Source: Gammaproteobacteria bacterium
Lineage (GTDB): Bacteria; Pseudomonadota; Gammaproteobacteria; SG8-11
Direction: 5' to 3'
NCBI GenBank assembly: GCA_016200445.1
Contig: JACQEQ010000301.1
Span: 1-37,363 of the forward strand
DNA: 37,363 nucleotides
The translations under genes and the position numbers were made by a program. Shown one piece after another: positions 15,842 through 24,780 of this stretch (position 1 is its first letter; every line of letters begins with the position of its first letter). The notes beneath the pieces are model-generated. The model did not search any database. It saw only the letters and a list, made by a program, of their open reading frames with translations, and was not told where the DNA came from.

Positions 15842-17728
15842 ATGAGCAAAACTTACGACGCCGCCGCGATTGAAGTGCTGGTGGGTCTGGAGCCGGTGCG
15901 CAAGCGCCCGGGCATGTACACCCAGACCGAGCGGCCAAATCATCTGGCGCAGGAAGTCATCGACAACAGCGTGGACGAGGCGATGGCCGGTCACGCGAAG
16001 AACATCGACGTGGTGTTGTACAAAGACGGCTCGCTGCAAGTGGCCGACGACGGGCGCGGCATGCCGGTGGACCTGCACCCGGTCGAAAAAATCTCTGGCG
16101 TGGAAGTGATCCTCACGCGGCTGCACGCGGGCGGAAAATTTTCCAATTCCAATTATCAGTTCTCCGGCGGCTTGCACGGCGTGGGCGTGTCGGTGGTCAA
16201 TGCCTTGTCGAAGCGCCTGGAAGTGTGGATCAAGCGCAACGGTCAGGAATACCACATGACCTTCGGCGACGGTGCAAAAAAATCCGAACTCAAAGTGGTC
16301 GGCGAAGTCGGCAAGCGCAACACCGGCACGACGCTGCGCTTCTGGCCCGATCCTAAATATTTCGACTCGCCGAAAATCGCCGCGCCGAAGTTGAAACACG
16401 TGCTGCGCGCCAAGGCGGTGTTGTGCCCCGGCCTGAAGGTATCGTTTCTTGACGAAAACAGCGGCGAGAAAGACGAGTGGTTTTATGAATACGGCCTTCA
16501 AGATTATTTACTCAGCGAGCTGCACAACGTGCCAGTGCTGCCCGACGCGCCGTTCGTGGGCAGTTTCGCGGCGACCAACGAAGCCGTCGACTGGGCGCTG
16601 GTGTGGTTGCCGGAAGGCGGCGAACCGATTGCCGAAAGCTACGTGAATCTGATTCCGACCACTCAGGGTGGCACTCACACCAACGGTTTACGCACCGGCT
16701 TAACCGAAGCGCTGCGCGAATTTTGCGAGACGCGCAGCCTGCTACCGCGCGGTATCAAGCTCGCACCGGAAGACGTGTGGGAAAAAGTCAGTTACGTTTT
16801 ATCGGTCAAGATGAGCGACCCGCAATTCTCTGGACAAACCAAAGAGCGATTGACCTCGCGCGAAACCGCCGCGTTTGTATCCGGCGTGGTGAAAGACACG
16901 CTCGGCATCTGGCTCAATCAAAATCTCGACCAGGGCGAGCGCATCGCCGAGTTGGCGATCAACAGCGCGCAAAACCGCCTGCGTGCCGAAAAGAAAGTGG
17001 TGCGCAAAAAAGTCACCAGCGGACCCGCGTTGCCGGGCAAGCTGGCGGATTGTTCGTCGCAGGATTTATCGCGCACCGAATTGTTTTTGGTGGAAGGCGA
17101 CTCGGCGGGCGGCTCGGCCAAGCAGGCGCGCGACCGCGAGTTCCAGGCGATCATGCCGTTGCGCGGAAAAATCCTGAACACCTGGGAAGTCGATGCCAAC
17201 GAAGTGCTGGGCTCGCAGGAAGTGCACGACATTTCGGTGGCAATCGGCGTCGACCCCGGCTCGGACGATTTGAAAGGCCTGCGTTACGGCAAGATTTGCA
17301 TTCTCGCCGATGCCGATAACGATGGGGCGCATATCGCGACATTATTGTGCGCGCTGTTCGTCAGGCACTTCCGGCCCATGGTCGCGGCAGGCCACGTGTA
17401 TATCGCGATGCCGCCGCTGTTCCGCATCGACGTCGGCAACCATGTGTTCTATGCGCTCGACGACGCCGAGAAACAAGGCGTACTCGACCGCATCGCCGCA
17501 GAAAAACTGCGCGGCAAAGTCAACGTCGTGCGCTTCAAAGGTCTGGGCGAAATGAACCCGCCGCAACTGCGCGAAACCACCATCTCGCCCGACACGCGCC
17601 GCTTGGTGCAACTCACCATCGAACCCGGCGACGACACCAACCAGCTGATGGACATGCTGCTGGGTAAAAAACGCGCCTCCGACCGCAAGGCGTGGTTGGA
17701 GCAGAAGGGCGATTTGGCGACGGTGTGA
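15842..17728 (+). CDS. parE: DNA topoisomerase IV subunit B
   Basis: MSKTYDAAAIEVLVGLEPVRKRPGMYT, the GHKL ATPase, TOPRIM EGDSAGG, PLRGKILN and DADNDGAHI. At 628 aa it lacks the GyrB-type insertion. Confidence 0.9.
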   Translation: MSKTYDAAAIEVLVGLEPVRKRPGMYTQTERPNHLAQEVIDNSVDEAMAGHAKNIDVVLYKDGSLQVADDGRGMPVDLHPVEKISGVEVILTRLHAGGKFSNSNYQFSGGLHGVGVSVVNALSKRLEVWIKRNGQEYHMTFGDGAKKSELKVVGEVGKRNTGTTLRFWPDPKYFDSPKIAAPKLKHVLRAKAVLCPGLKVSFLDENSGEKDEWFYEYGLQDYLLSELHNVPVLPDAPFVGSFAATNEAVDWALVWLPEGGEPIAESYVNLIPTTQGGTHTNGLRTGLTEALREFCETRSLLPRGIKLAPEDVWEKVSYVLSVKMSDPQFSGQTKERLTSRETAAFVSGVVKDTLGIWLNQNLDQGERIAELAINSAQNRLRAEKKVVRKKVTSGPALPGKLADCSSQDLSRTELFLVEGDSAGGSAKQARDREFQAIMPLRGKILNTWEVDANEVLGSQEVHDISVAIGVDPGSDDLKGLRYGKICILADADNDGAHIATLLCALFVRHFRPMVAAGHVYIAMPPLFRIDVGNHVFYALDDAEKQGVLDRIAAEKLRGKVNVVRFKGLGEMNPPQLRETTISPDTRRLVQLTIEPGDDTNQLMDMLLGKKRASDRKAWLEQKGDLATV

Positions 17729-17754
17729 GACCGCTCGCTGCGATTCGTGCGGAA

Positions 17755-17846
17755 CGAAAAGCTAATTTACTGCTAATGTGAACAAAATTAGCAGGTCAGG
17801 GCTATACTGCCATAGCAAGTGCTAATTAATAAAAAATTAGCTTTTC
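17755..17846. promoter_or_regulatory. Cluster of GCTAAT/ATTAGC inverted repeats upstream of fic
   Basis: GAAAAGCTAATTT (17756-17768) pairs with AAATTAGCTTTTC (17834-17846). CTGCTAAT-n9-ATTAGCAG spans 17771-17795. GCTAAT-taataaaaa-ATTAGC spans 17821-17841. The fic ATG is at 17857. Confidence 0.55.
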
Positions 17847-17856
17847 TGGAATAGCC

Positions 17857-19236
17857 ATGAAAATACCGCTTTCTCCGCCGGAACTGAGCGAGCTATTGCC
17901 GAAGCTCGGTATGACGCAGCTGCACCGTGTTTTGAGCCGGGAGTTGGGTCCGCTGGTGGGTGGCCGGTATTTCCACTGGGACGAACTGCGCCACCGCACC
18001 CCGCCCGCCGGGCTGTCGCACGAGGCTTGGTGGGCGGGAATCAAAATCGCCCGTCAAGGGTTGCTGCGCGCGCTGCCGTTTCAAGACAAACTCAAACGGC
18101 CGGTATTGTTCGGGATGCCCGACCCGGTGTTGCGCGTGTTGCACGGGATTGACCGGCGCGTGGGCGGTGCGGTGACGATGGAGAAGCCGATGGTCTCCAG
18201 CGAAGACCGCGACCGCTACCTCGTCAGCTCGCTCATCGAGGAAGCCATTACTTCCAGTCAGCTCGAAGGTGCGGCCACCACACGCGAGGAAGCCAAAGCC
18301 ATGCTACGCAGCGGCCGCAAACCACGCGACCGCAGTGAACGGATGATCGTCAATAACTTCCGCGTAATGGAACATATTCGCGAGCTGCGCGATGAGGCGC
18401 TGACTCCGAAGATCGTGTTGGCCATGCACCGTATCGTGAGTCAAGACACGCTCGACGATCCGAGCGCCGTTGGCCGGTTACGCCGCCCGAATGAGAAGAT
18501 CATCGTCATGGACGCGACACGTTCGCACGTGCTGCACGAACCGCCACCGGCCAGCACATTGCCACAGCGTCTAGAACGTTTGTGTGCATTCGCCAACGAG
18601 ACCGATGGCGAGCCGTTCGTGCATCCGGTGGTTCGCGCCGTTCTCCTACACTACATGGTCGGTTACGACCATCCGTTCGTCGACGGCAACGGCCGCACGG
18701 CGCGCGCTTTGTTCTATTGGAGCTTGGCGCGTTCCGGCTACTGGCTCATGGAATACATTTCGATATCGAGTTTATTGAAGCAGGCGCCCGCGCAGTACGG
18801 GCGTGCCTACCTGCACAGCGAGACCGACGATAGCGACACCACCTATTTTATCTTGCACCAGCTATCAGTCATCGAGCGAGCCATCAAGGCGCTGTACGAA
18901 TACCTTGCGCACAAAACCTCCGAGCAGCGTTCGGCGGAGCGCCTGTTGCGTCACGCACCGCGCCTCGCCGATCAGTTTAATTATCGCCAGACCGCGCTCT
19001 TGACCCATGCGCTCAAACATCCGGGTCATGACTATACGGTGGAAAGCCACCGCCGCTCGCACCGGGTAACGCTCCAGACCGCGCGTACGGATTTGCTGAC
19101 GCTGGCGAAATTGAATCTCCTGGAGCAGGGAAAACGCTCCCGGGCACTGGTGTTTTACGCGCCCGCAGACTTGCGCGCGCGCATCGAGTCGGCCGCGCGC
19201 ATACCCACGCGCCAGCGGCGCGGAACCCCTAAATGA
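17857..19236 (+). CDS. Fic family protein (class II: internal inhibitory motif plus canonical Fic motif), with a C-terminal wHTH-like tail
   Basis: The Fic motif HPFVDGNGRTARAL fits HxFx(D/E)GNGRxxR. The motif SSQLEG, fitting (S/T)xxxE(G/N), lies upstream of the core. Confidence 0.85.
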   Translation: MKIPLSPPELSELLPKLGMTQLHRVLSRELGPLVGGRYFHWDELRHRTPPAGLSHEAWWAGIKIARQGLLRALPFQDKLKRPVLFGMPDPVLRVLHGIDRRVGGAVTMEKPMVSSEDRDRYLVSSLIEEAITSSQLEGAATTREEAKAMLRSGRKPRDRSERMIVNNFRVMEHIRELRDEALTPKIVLAMHRIVSQDTLDDPSAVGRLRRPNEKIIVMDATRSHVLHEPPPASTLPQRLERLCAFANETDGEPFVHPVVRAVLLHYMVGYDHPFVDGNGRTARALFYWSLARSGYWLMEYISISSLLKQAPAQYGRAYLHSETDDSDTTYFILHQLSVIERAIKALYEYLAHKTSEQRSAERLLRHAPRLADQFNYRQTALLTHALKHPGHDYTVESHRRSHRVTLQTARTDLLTLAKLNLLEQGKRSRALVFYAPADLRARIESAARIPTRQRRGTPK

Positions 19237-19406
19237 ATACCCACACGGGAACGACAACGTGTTTTAAACGATGCTCGATTATGCGGTGCAGGCTAGAAAA
19301 TGGGCGGCTTAACCGGCACACTCTGCGACTTAATTTGTCGTTGTGTGTTGGCAAAAACGCCGGCACGTGATCGTATGATCATTTCCGATTCAAGATGGAG
19401 GCTGCA

Positions 19407-19697
19407 ATGAATCGCTCACGCGCCCTTGCGTTACTCACACAGAGTAAACCGATACTGGCGGCCCGTTACGGGGTCACGCAGCTAGCCCTGTTTGGCTCCA
19501 CTGTGCGTGATACCCAGCGCAGCGACAGTGATGTTGACATTTTAGTCGCTTTCGATGGCCCGGCTACATCGGAACGTTACTTCGGCGTCCAGTTCTATCT
19601 CGAAGACCTGTTTGGTTGTCCAGTCGATCTGGTTACCGAAAAAGCGCTGCGCGCTGAATTGCGACCATTTATCGAAAAGGAGGCGGTGCATGTCTGA
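19407..19697 (+). CDS. MNT-type nucleotidyltransferase (antitoxin half of HEPN-MNT modules), orphan
   Basis: LFGSTVRDTQRSDSDVDILVAF fits GS...DxD. ggagg lies 5 nt upstream of the ATG at 19407; an alternative in-frame ATG is at 19395. Confidence 0.8.
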   Translation: MNRSRALALLTQSKPILAARYGVTQLALFGSTVRDTQRSDSDVDILVAFDGPATSERYFGVQFYLEDLFGCPVDLVTEKALRAELRPFIEKEAVHV

Positions 19698-19903
19698 TTC
19701 CGTGCAGCCTGAATTGAAAAACAGAAATCAAGCAAGTGTTGCCTGGATGAGGCGAAGCGAAATTCAGGAAAAGGGCGAATCAGCGTAACAATGCAGGTGG
19801 GAATTTTGAAAGTGAATTCTCAAAAACCAACGGACTATTTCGGATGTGTGATTCTTGAAATCGCGCTCGCTTGGATCGATGCCGAATCGGTCAAGCACGC
19901 TCC

Positions 19904-22774
19904 ATGAGCTTCACCGACTACCACGCTAAATATTTCGCCTATGAGCTAACCAAGCGCTGCGCACCCGACAGCGTCGAAAAACTCGCCGGAGCGGTCGCCA
20001 GCGCTCAAGTCGATCTGAATCCGCATCAGGTCGATGCCGCGTTGTTCGCGTTCCAATCCCCGCTGTCCAAGGGTGCGTTGCTTGCGGACGAAGTCGGGCT
20101 GGGCAAAACCATCGAAGCGGGTCTGGTTCTGTCGCAGAAATGGGCAGAGCGTAAACGGTGCATGCTGGTCATCACTCCGTCCAATTTGCGTACGCAGTGG
20201 TATCAAGAATTGACCGAAAAGTTTTTTCTGCCGTGCCGCATTCTTGAAGCCAAGTCATACAATGCCGTAATCAAGCTTGCGCAGCTTCGTCCATTCGAGG
20301 CGCCTGAGATCATCATTTGTTCCTACCAGTTCGCCAAGAGCAAGGCGGACGACGTGCATGCGATGCCGTGGGATCTGGTGGTCATCGACGAAGCGCATCG
20401 CCTGCGCAATGTGTACAAACCTGGCAACGTGATCGCAAACACGCTGAAGTCGGCGCTCGCGGGCAAGGACAAACTTCTTCTCACCGCGACGCCATTGCAG
20501 AACTCGCTGCTTGAGCTGTTTGGTTTAGTAAGTTTTATCGACGAACACACGTTTGGTGACTTAAAAAGTTTTCGCGAGCAATTCACTAATCTGAATCAAG
20601 AACAGGTGTTTCATACGCTCAAGGCGCGGCTCAAGCCGATTTGCCATCGGACCTTACGTCGACAAGTGACCGCATACATTCCCTTCACCAAGCGCCTGCC
20701 GCTGGTGGAGGAATTCACGCCGGAGGAAAGCGAAGACAGGCTTTACGAGGTCGTCTCCGGTTATCTGCAACGAGATAACCTGCAAGCGTTACCCGCAAGT
20801 CAACGCTCACTAATGACGCTCGTGCTGCGTAAGTTACTCGCCTCGTCGACCTTCGCCATCGCAGGCGCGTTAACGTCGATATCCAACCGCCTCAAAGCCA
20901 AGCTGCGCAAACACGAGCCCACCGAGCCGCTTGCGGACGAGCTAGACCGTGACTACGAATCCCTCGAAGAAACCGCCGAGGAATGGAGTGACGATGAGCC
21001 CGCCGAAGTGCTCACCGCCGTCGACCGTGCCGCCATCGAAATGGAAATTGTCGACCTCGATGCCTTCGCCGAACTTGCCGCGTCCATCGACCACAACGCC
21101 AAGGGCCGGGCGTTACTCAAAGTGCTGGAAATTGCCTTCGCCAAAGCGCGTGAACTCGGCGGCGCAGAGAAAGCCATCATCTTCACCGAATCGCGCCGCA
21201 CGCAAAGCTACCTGCTGCGCCTGCTGGCCGATAGTCAGTGGAGCGAAGGCATTGTGCTGTTCAACGGCACCAATACCGATGAACGCTCAAAGCAAATTTA
21301 TGCGCAATGGATCGAGCGCCATCAAGGCAGTGATCGCGTCATCGGTTCGCGCAGTGCCGACATGCGTTCGGCGCTAGTAGATTATTTTCGCGAGCAAGGT
21401 CGCATCATGATCGCGACTGAAGCCGGTGCAGAAGGCATTAACCTCCAGTTCTGTTCGTTGGTGGTGAACTACGATCTGCCGTGGAACCCGCAACGCATCG
21501 AGCAGCGCATCGGCCGCTGCCATCGCTACGGCCAGAAGCACGATGTCGTGGTCGTGAACTTTCTCAATCGCAATAACGCTGCTGACCAACGCGTGTTTGA
21601 ATTGTTGTCGGAAAAATTTCAGCTCTTCGAAGGTGTCTTCGGCGCCAGCGACGAAGTGCTCGGCGCGATTGAGTCCGGCGTGGATTTCGAAAAGCGCATC
21701 GCAGCCATCTACCAGACCTGTCGCAAGCCCGACGAAATCCAATCCGCGTTCAACCAGCTCCAGCTCGAACTCAGCCTGGAGATCAACGCGTCGATGACGC
21801 GCACGCGCCGGAACTTGTTGGAACATTTCGACGACGAAGTACGCGACAAGCTCAAGGTGCGCGACGAGGCCGCGAAAGCCTTTCTCAGTCGCTTCGAACG
21901 CTTGCTCATGCAACTCACGCGGCACGAGTTGGGCGACAACGCAACATTTCGAGACGACTACGCTTTTCTTCTCAAGTCCTGTCCGTATTCCGTCGACATT
22001 CCGCTAGGCTTGTACGAACTGCCGCGCCGCTCCGGCGAGACGCATCTTTACCGTCTGAATCACCCGCTCGCCGAAGCGCTGTTAGCGCAGGCGAAAGCGC
22101 GCGACCTGCCGCCCGCTGAAGTTCATTTCGATTACGGACTGCATGACGGCAAGGTCACGCTGTTGGAGCCCCTCATCGGCAAGTCCGGTTGGCTCACGCT
22201 CACGCTGTTTAGCGTCGAGTCGCTGAATCAGGCGGAGGATCACCTTGTCGTTGCCGCAACCACCACTGATGGCGACGCGCTTGATGAAGAAATCGCAACG
22301 CGCCTGCTTACCCTGCCGGGTCGCGTGAACGGTACAACACCAGCAACGTCTGCCCCCTCAGCATTGGAACAACAAACCGCGCAACGCCAAGCGGTCATCC
22401 AACGCAACATCTCGGAGCGCAATGCGCGCTTCTTTGAAGCTGAGGCGGAAAAACTCGATGGCTGGGCTGACGATCTCAAAGTGGGTTTGGAGCGTGAAAT
22501 CAAAGAGCTCGACCGCCAGATTAAAGAAGCGCGGCGCGCAGCGACCACCGCGCTAACGTTGGAAGAAAAGCTCGCAGGGCAGAAACAGATCAAAGCCGTT
22601 GAAGCGCAACGCAACCAGAAACGGAGAACGCTGTTCGACGCGCAAGACCAAGTAGACAATCAACGTGACGAGCTCATTGCTCAAATCGAAGGCAAATTGA
22701 CCCAATCGACCCGGATCGAGACGCTCTTCACGTTGCGCTGGACTGTTGTGTCTAGCCGCGAAACCAGCGCATGA
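19904..22774 (+). CDS. SNF2-family helicase with a long C-terminal extension ending in a coiled coil
   Basis: LADEVGLGKTIEAG (I), VVIDEAHRLRN (II), LLLTATPLQNSLLELFGL (III), ATEAGAEGINLQ (V), WNPQRIEQRIGRCHRYGQ (VI). The C-terminal 350 aa lack recognised motifs and end in a charged heptad-like region (EAEAEKLDGWADDLKVGLEREIKELDRQIKEARR...). Confidence 0.85.
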   Translation: MSFTDYHAKYFAYELTKRCAPDSVEKLAGAVASAQVDLNPHQVDAALFAFQSPLSKGALLADEVGLGKTIEAGLVLSQKWAERKRCMLVITPSNLRTQWYQELTEKFFLPCRILEAKSYNAVIKLAQLRPFEAPEIIICSYQFAKSKADDVHAMPWDLVVIDEAHRLRNVYKPGNVIANTLKSALAGKDKLLLTATPLQNSLLELFGLVSFIDEHTFGDLKSFREQFTNLNQEQVFHTLKARLKPICHRTLRRQVTAYIPFTKRLPLVEEFTPEESEDRLYEVVSGYLQRDNLQALPASQRSLMTLVLRKLLASSTFAIAGALTSISNRLKAKLRKHEPTEPLADELDRDYESLEETAEEWSDDEPAEVLTAVDRAAIEMEIVDLDAFAELAASIDHNAKGRALLKVLEIAFAKARELGGAEKAIIFTESRRTQSYLLRLLADSQWSEGIVLFNGTNTDERSKQIYAQWIERHQGSDRVIGSRSADMRSALVDYFREQGRIMIATEAGAEGINLQFCSLVVNYDLPWNPQRIEQRIGRCHRYGQKHDVVVVNFLNRNNAADQRVFELLSEKFQLFEGVFGASDEVLGAIESGVDFEKRIAAIYQTCRKPDEIQSAFNQLQLELSLEINASMTRTRRNLLEHFDDEVRDKLKVRDEAAKAFLSRFERLLMQLTRHELGDNATFRDDYAFLLKSCPYSVDIPLGLYELPRRSGETHLYRLNHPLAEALLAQAKARDLPPAEVHFDYGLHDGKVTLLEPLIGKSGWLTLTLFSVESLNQAEDHLVVAATTTDGDALDEEIATRLLTLPGRVNGTTPATSAPSALEQQTAQRQAVIQRNISERNARFFEAEAEKLDGWADDLKVGLEREIKELDRQIKEARRAATTALTLEEKLAGQKQIKAVEAQRNQKRRTLFDAQDQVDNQRDELIAQIEGKLTQSTRIETLFTLRWTVVSSRETSA

Positions 22775-23006
22775 AGGAGCCTGTGATGACAGATACCCAC
22801 TATCCTTGTCCGAACCGCCGGAAGGCATCGCGGGGAAGTCGTTGCAGGAGATTGAGGGTTGGGTCTTCCGGCGCTTGAAGATGATTCTGAATTGTAGCCG
22901 GGATGTCGTGCCCACGTTTAAGCTTGGGGTAACAGTGACGAATGGCTATACAAATGAAATATCGCACCTTCAATGGAAAGAAAGATTTGCTGAGGTATGC
23001 CCATGA
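22746..23006 (+). CDS. Possible short ORF translationally coupled to the ATPase (unknown function)
   Basis: The open frame ends in an ATGA overlap with the ATPase start (23003-23006). The start codon is unclear and no family was recognised. Confidence 0.25.
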   Translation: MCLAAKPAHEGACDDRYPLSLSEPPEGIAGKSLQEIEGWVFRRLKMILNCSRDVVPTFKLGVTVTNGYTNEISHLQWKERFAEVCP

Positions 23007-24103
23007 TTAAACGAGTATCCAATTCAAACCAGCTTTCAAAGCTGACATTGCATGGCTACAAGTCGATTGCATCGTGCGAGATTGAATTAGGCAAGCTCAA
23101 TGTTTTGATCGGCGCTAACGGTGCGGGAAAGTCGAATTTCATCGGCTTTTTCAGGCTAATAAGCAAGATTCTGGATCAGCAGCTGCAATCGGCTGTTGGA
23201 ACTTCTGGCGGCCCTGATGCCATGCTGCATTTTGGACGAAAAAAAACGGAAGAACTGAATGCCGAGCTCTATTTCGGTAACAATGGGTACAAATTCAAGC
23301 TGAAACCCACTCAAGACAATCGGATGATGTTTTCGCGCGAATGCCTGTGGTGGAACATGAGTGGTGATTGGCAGCCGCATTCCGGACATTTCGAGTCCTA
23401 TCTGGAAGCGCAAAAGGGAAAAACCAATATCTGGGGCTACGTCGTTCCACCCATGCGAAGCTGGCGTGCCTATCACTTCCATGACACCAGTGACAGCGCT
23501 ACGGTCAAACAGGTGCACGGCATTAACGACAATGAATATCTGCGTGCAGATGCCCGTAATCTGGCGGCATTTCTTTTCCGCCTGAAAAACCACCATGAGG
23601 CGCATTACCGCCGCATCGTTAAATCCATTCAGTTGGTAGCGCCGTTTTTTGGTGACTTCCATCTACGTCCGGCGGTGGATAACAAGGAAAAAATTCAACT
23701 TGAATGGACCGAGGCCGGGCAAGACGTGCCGTTCTCTGCCAGCGCGCTGTCGGACGGCACGCTTCGCTTTATCTGTTTAGCCACCGTGCTATTGCAACCC
23801 GAGCAGTTCATGCCAGCGTCCATTTTGATTGATGAGCCGGAATTAGGATTACACCCCTACGCTATTGCTGTTCTCGGCGCATTGATGAAATCGACTGCCG
23901 AAAAACATCAACTGATTGTCTCCACGCAGTCCGTTGAGTTGGTTAACGAATTTGAGGCAGACGATCTGATTGTGGTGGATAAGGAAAATGGTGCGTCCAC
24001 GTTCAAGCGACCCGACACCGCCGCCCTCACCGAATGGCTGAACGATTTCAGTCTCGGCGAGTTGTGGAAGAAAAATCTTCTGGGCGGGAGACCGGCGCGA
24101 TGA
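23003..24103 (+). CDS. ABC/SMC-like AAA ATPase (AAA_21/AAA_15 type)
   Basis: Walker A GANGAGKSNF, LSDGTLRF, Walker B ILIDEPELGLHP, and STQS. The N-terminus has the L.L.GYKSI pattern typical of OLD/ABC-like defence ATPases. The gene is AT-richer than the flanking SNF2 and res genes by eye. Confidence 0.8.
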   Translation: MIKRVSNSNQLSKLTLHGYKSIASCEIELGKLNVLIGANGAGKSNFIGFFRLISKILDQQLQSAVGTSGGPDAMLHFGRKKTEELNAELYFGNNGYKFKLKPTQDNRMMFSRECLWWNMSGDWQPHSGHFESYLEAQKGKTNIWGYVVPPMRSWRAYHFHDTSDSATVKQVHGINDNEYLRADARNLAAFLFRLKNHHEAHYRRIVKSIQLVAPFFGDFHLRPAVDNKEKIQLEWTEAGQDVPFSASALSDGTLRFICLATVLLQPEQFMPASILIDEPELGLHPYAIAVLGALMKSTAEKHQLIVSTQSVELVNEFEADDLIVVDKENGASTFKRPDTAALTEWLNDFSLGELWKKNLLGGRPAR

Positions 24104-24756
24104 AGCGCATGTATTTGCTGGCGGAAGGTCAGACAGAAGAAACCTTCGTAAGAGAATTGCTCGCGCCGCACTATGCTCGAAGTGGCTTGTTCATTACGCC
24201 AATCATTGTGCGCACCAGCCCCGGCCACAAAGGTGGCGTGGTGAGCTACGCCAAGGTCAAGCCGCAAATCATCCGCCTGTGTAAACAGGACGCAGCCGCC
24301 TATGTGTCCACGTTGTTTGATCTATACGCCTTGCCCGATGATTTTCCGGGCAAGACTTCAGCGGCATACCAATCAAAAAATATCGGCGCGCAAAAAGCAG
24401 CATTTCTCGAAGCCGCGCTCGCACAGGACGTCAACGAACCCAACTTCATTCCTTTTCTCATGGTGCATGAGTTCGAAGCCTTATTGTTCGTGCAGCCCGA
24501 GAAATTCGCCGTGTGGACGGACAAAGCCGATGTGGTGTCCTCGTTAGGCAAGGTTGCACAGAAACACCAGACACCGGAAGACATTAATGACAAGCCGCAA
24601 ACTGCTCCATCAAAGCGGATTCTGGACCTGATGCCTGAATACGAGAAACCGTTTCATGGCCCGCTGATCGCTTGCGATATTGGCCTGGATGCCATGCGCC
24701 AATCCTGCCCGCATTTTGAGGCCTGGCTTCAGAGGCTGGAAGCGCTGGCTGCATGA
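24100..24756 (+). CDS. DUF4276 family protein (Toprim-like partner of the ATPase)
   Basis: The ATG overlaps the ATPase stop (ATGA at 24100-24103). Sequence: MKRMYLLAEGQTEETFVRELL ... LFDLYALP ... VHEFEALLF. Confidence 0.7.
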   Translation: MKRMYLLAEGQTEETFVRELLAPHYARSGLFITPIIVRTSPGHKGGVVSYAKVKPQIIRLCKQDAAAYVSTLFDLYALPDDFPGKTSAAYQSKNIGAQKAAFLEAALAQDVNEPNFIPFLMVHEFEALLFVQPEKFAVWTDKADVVSSLGKVAQKHQTPEDINDKPQTAPSKRILDLMPEYEKPFHGPLIACDIGLDAMRQSCPHFEAWLQRLEALAA

Positions 24757-24780
24757 ACAATGAAGCAGTGAATCGTCGAA

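Noticed and set aside
15740-16501. Long antisense ORFs inside real genes. Examples: 15740-16501 in parE, 29331-30416 in parC, 27727-28857 and 26656-27348 in res, 6782-7489 in the CHRD gene, 8705-9373, 7461-8144, 21374-21925, 32484-33074.
   Set aside because: These are typical GC-rich antisense artefacts. Their translations are Arg/His/Ala-rich with no motifs. The opposite strand carries strongly recognisable genes.
17729-17856. tRNA, att site or integrase at the island edges
   Set aside because: I found no cloverleaf-like sequence, no integrase or transposase ORF, and no matching direct repeats between the 17.7-kb and 29.4-kb junctions. The island call therefore rests on gene content only.
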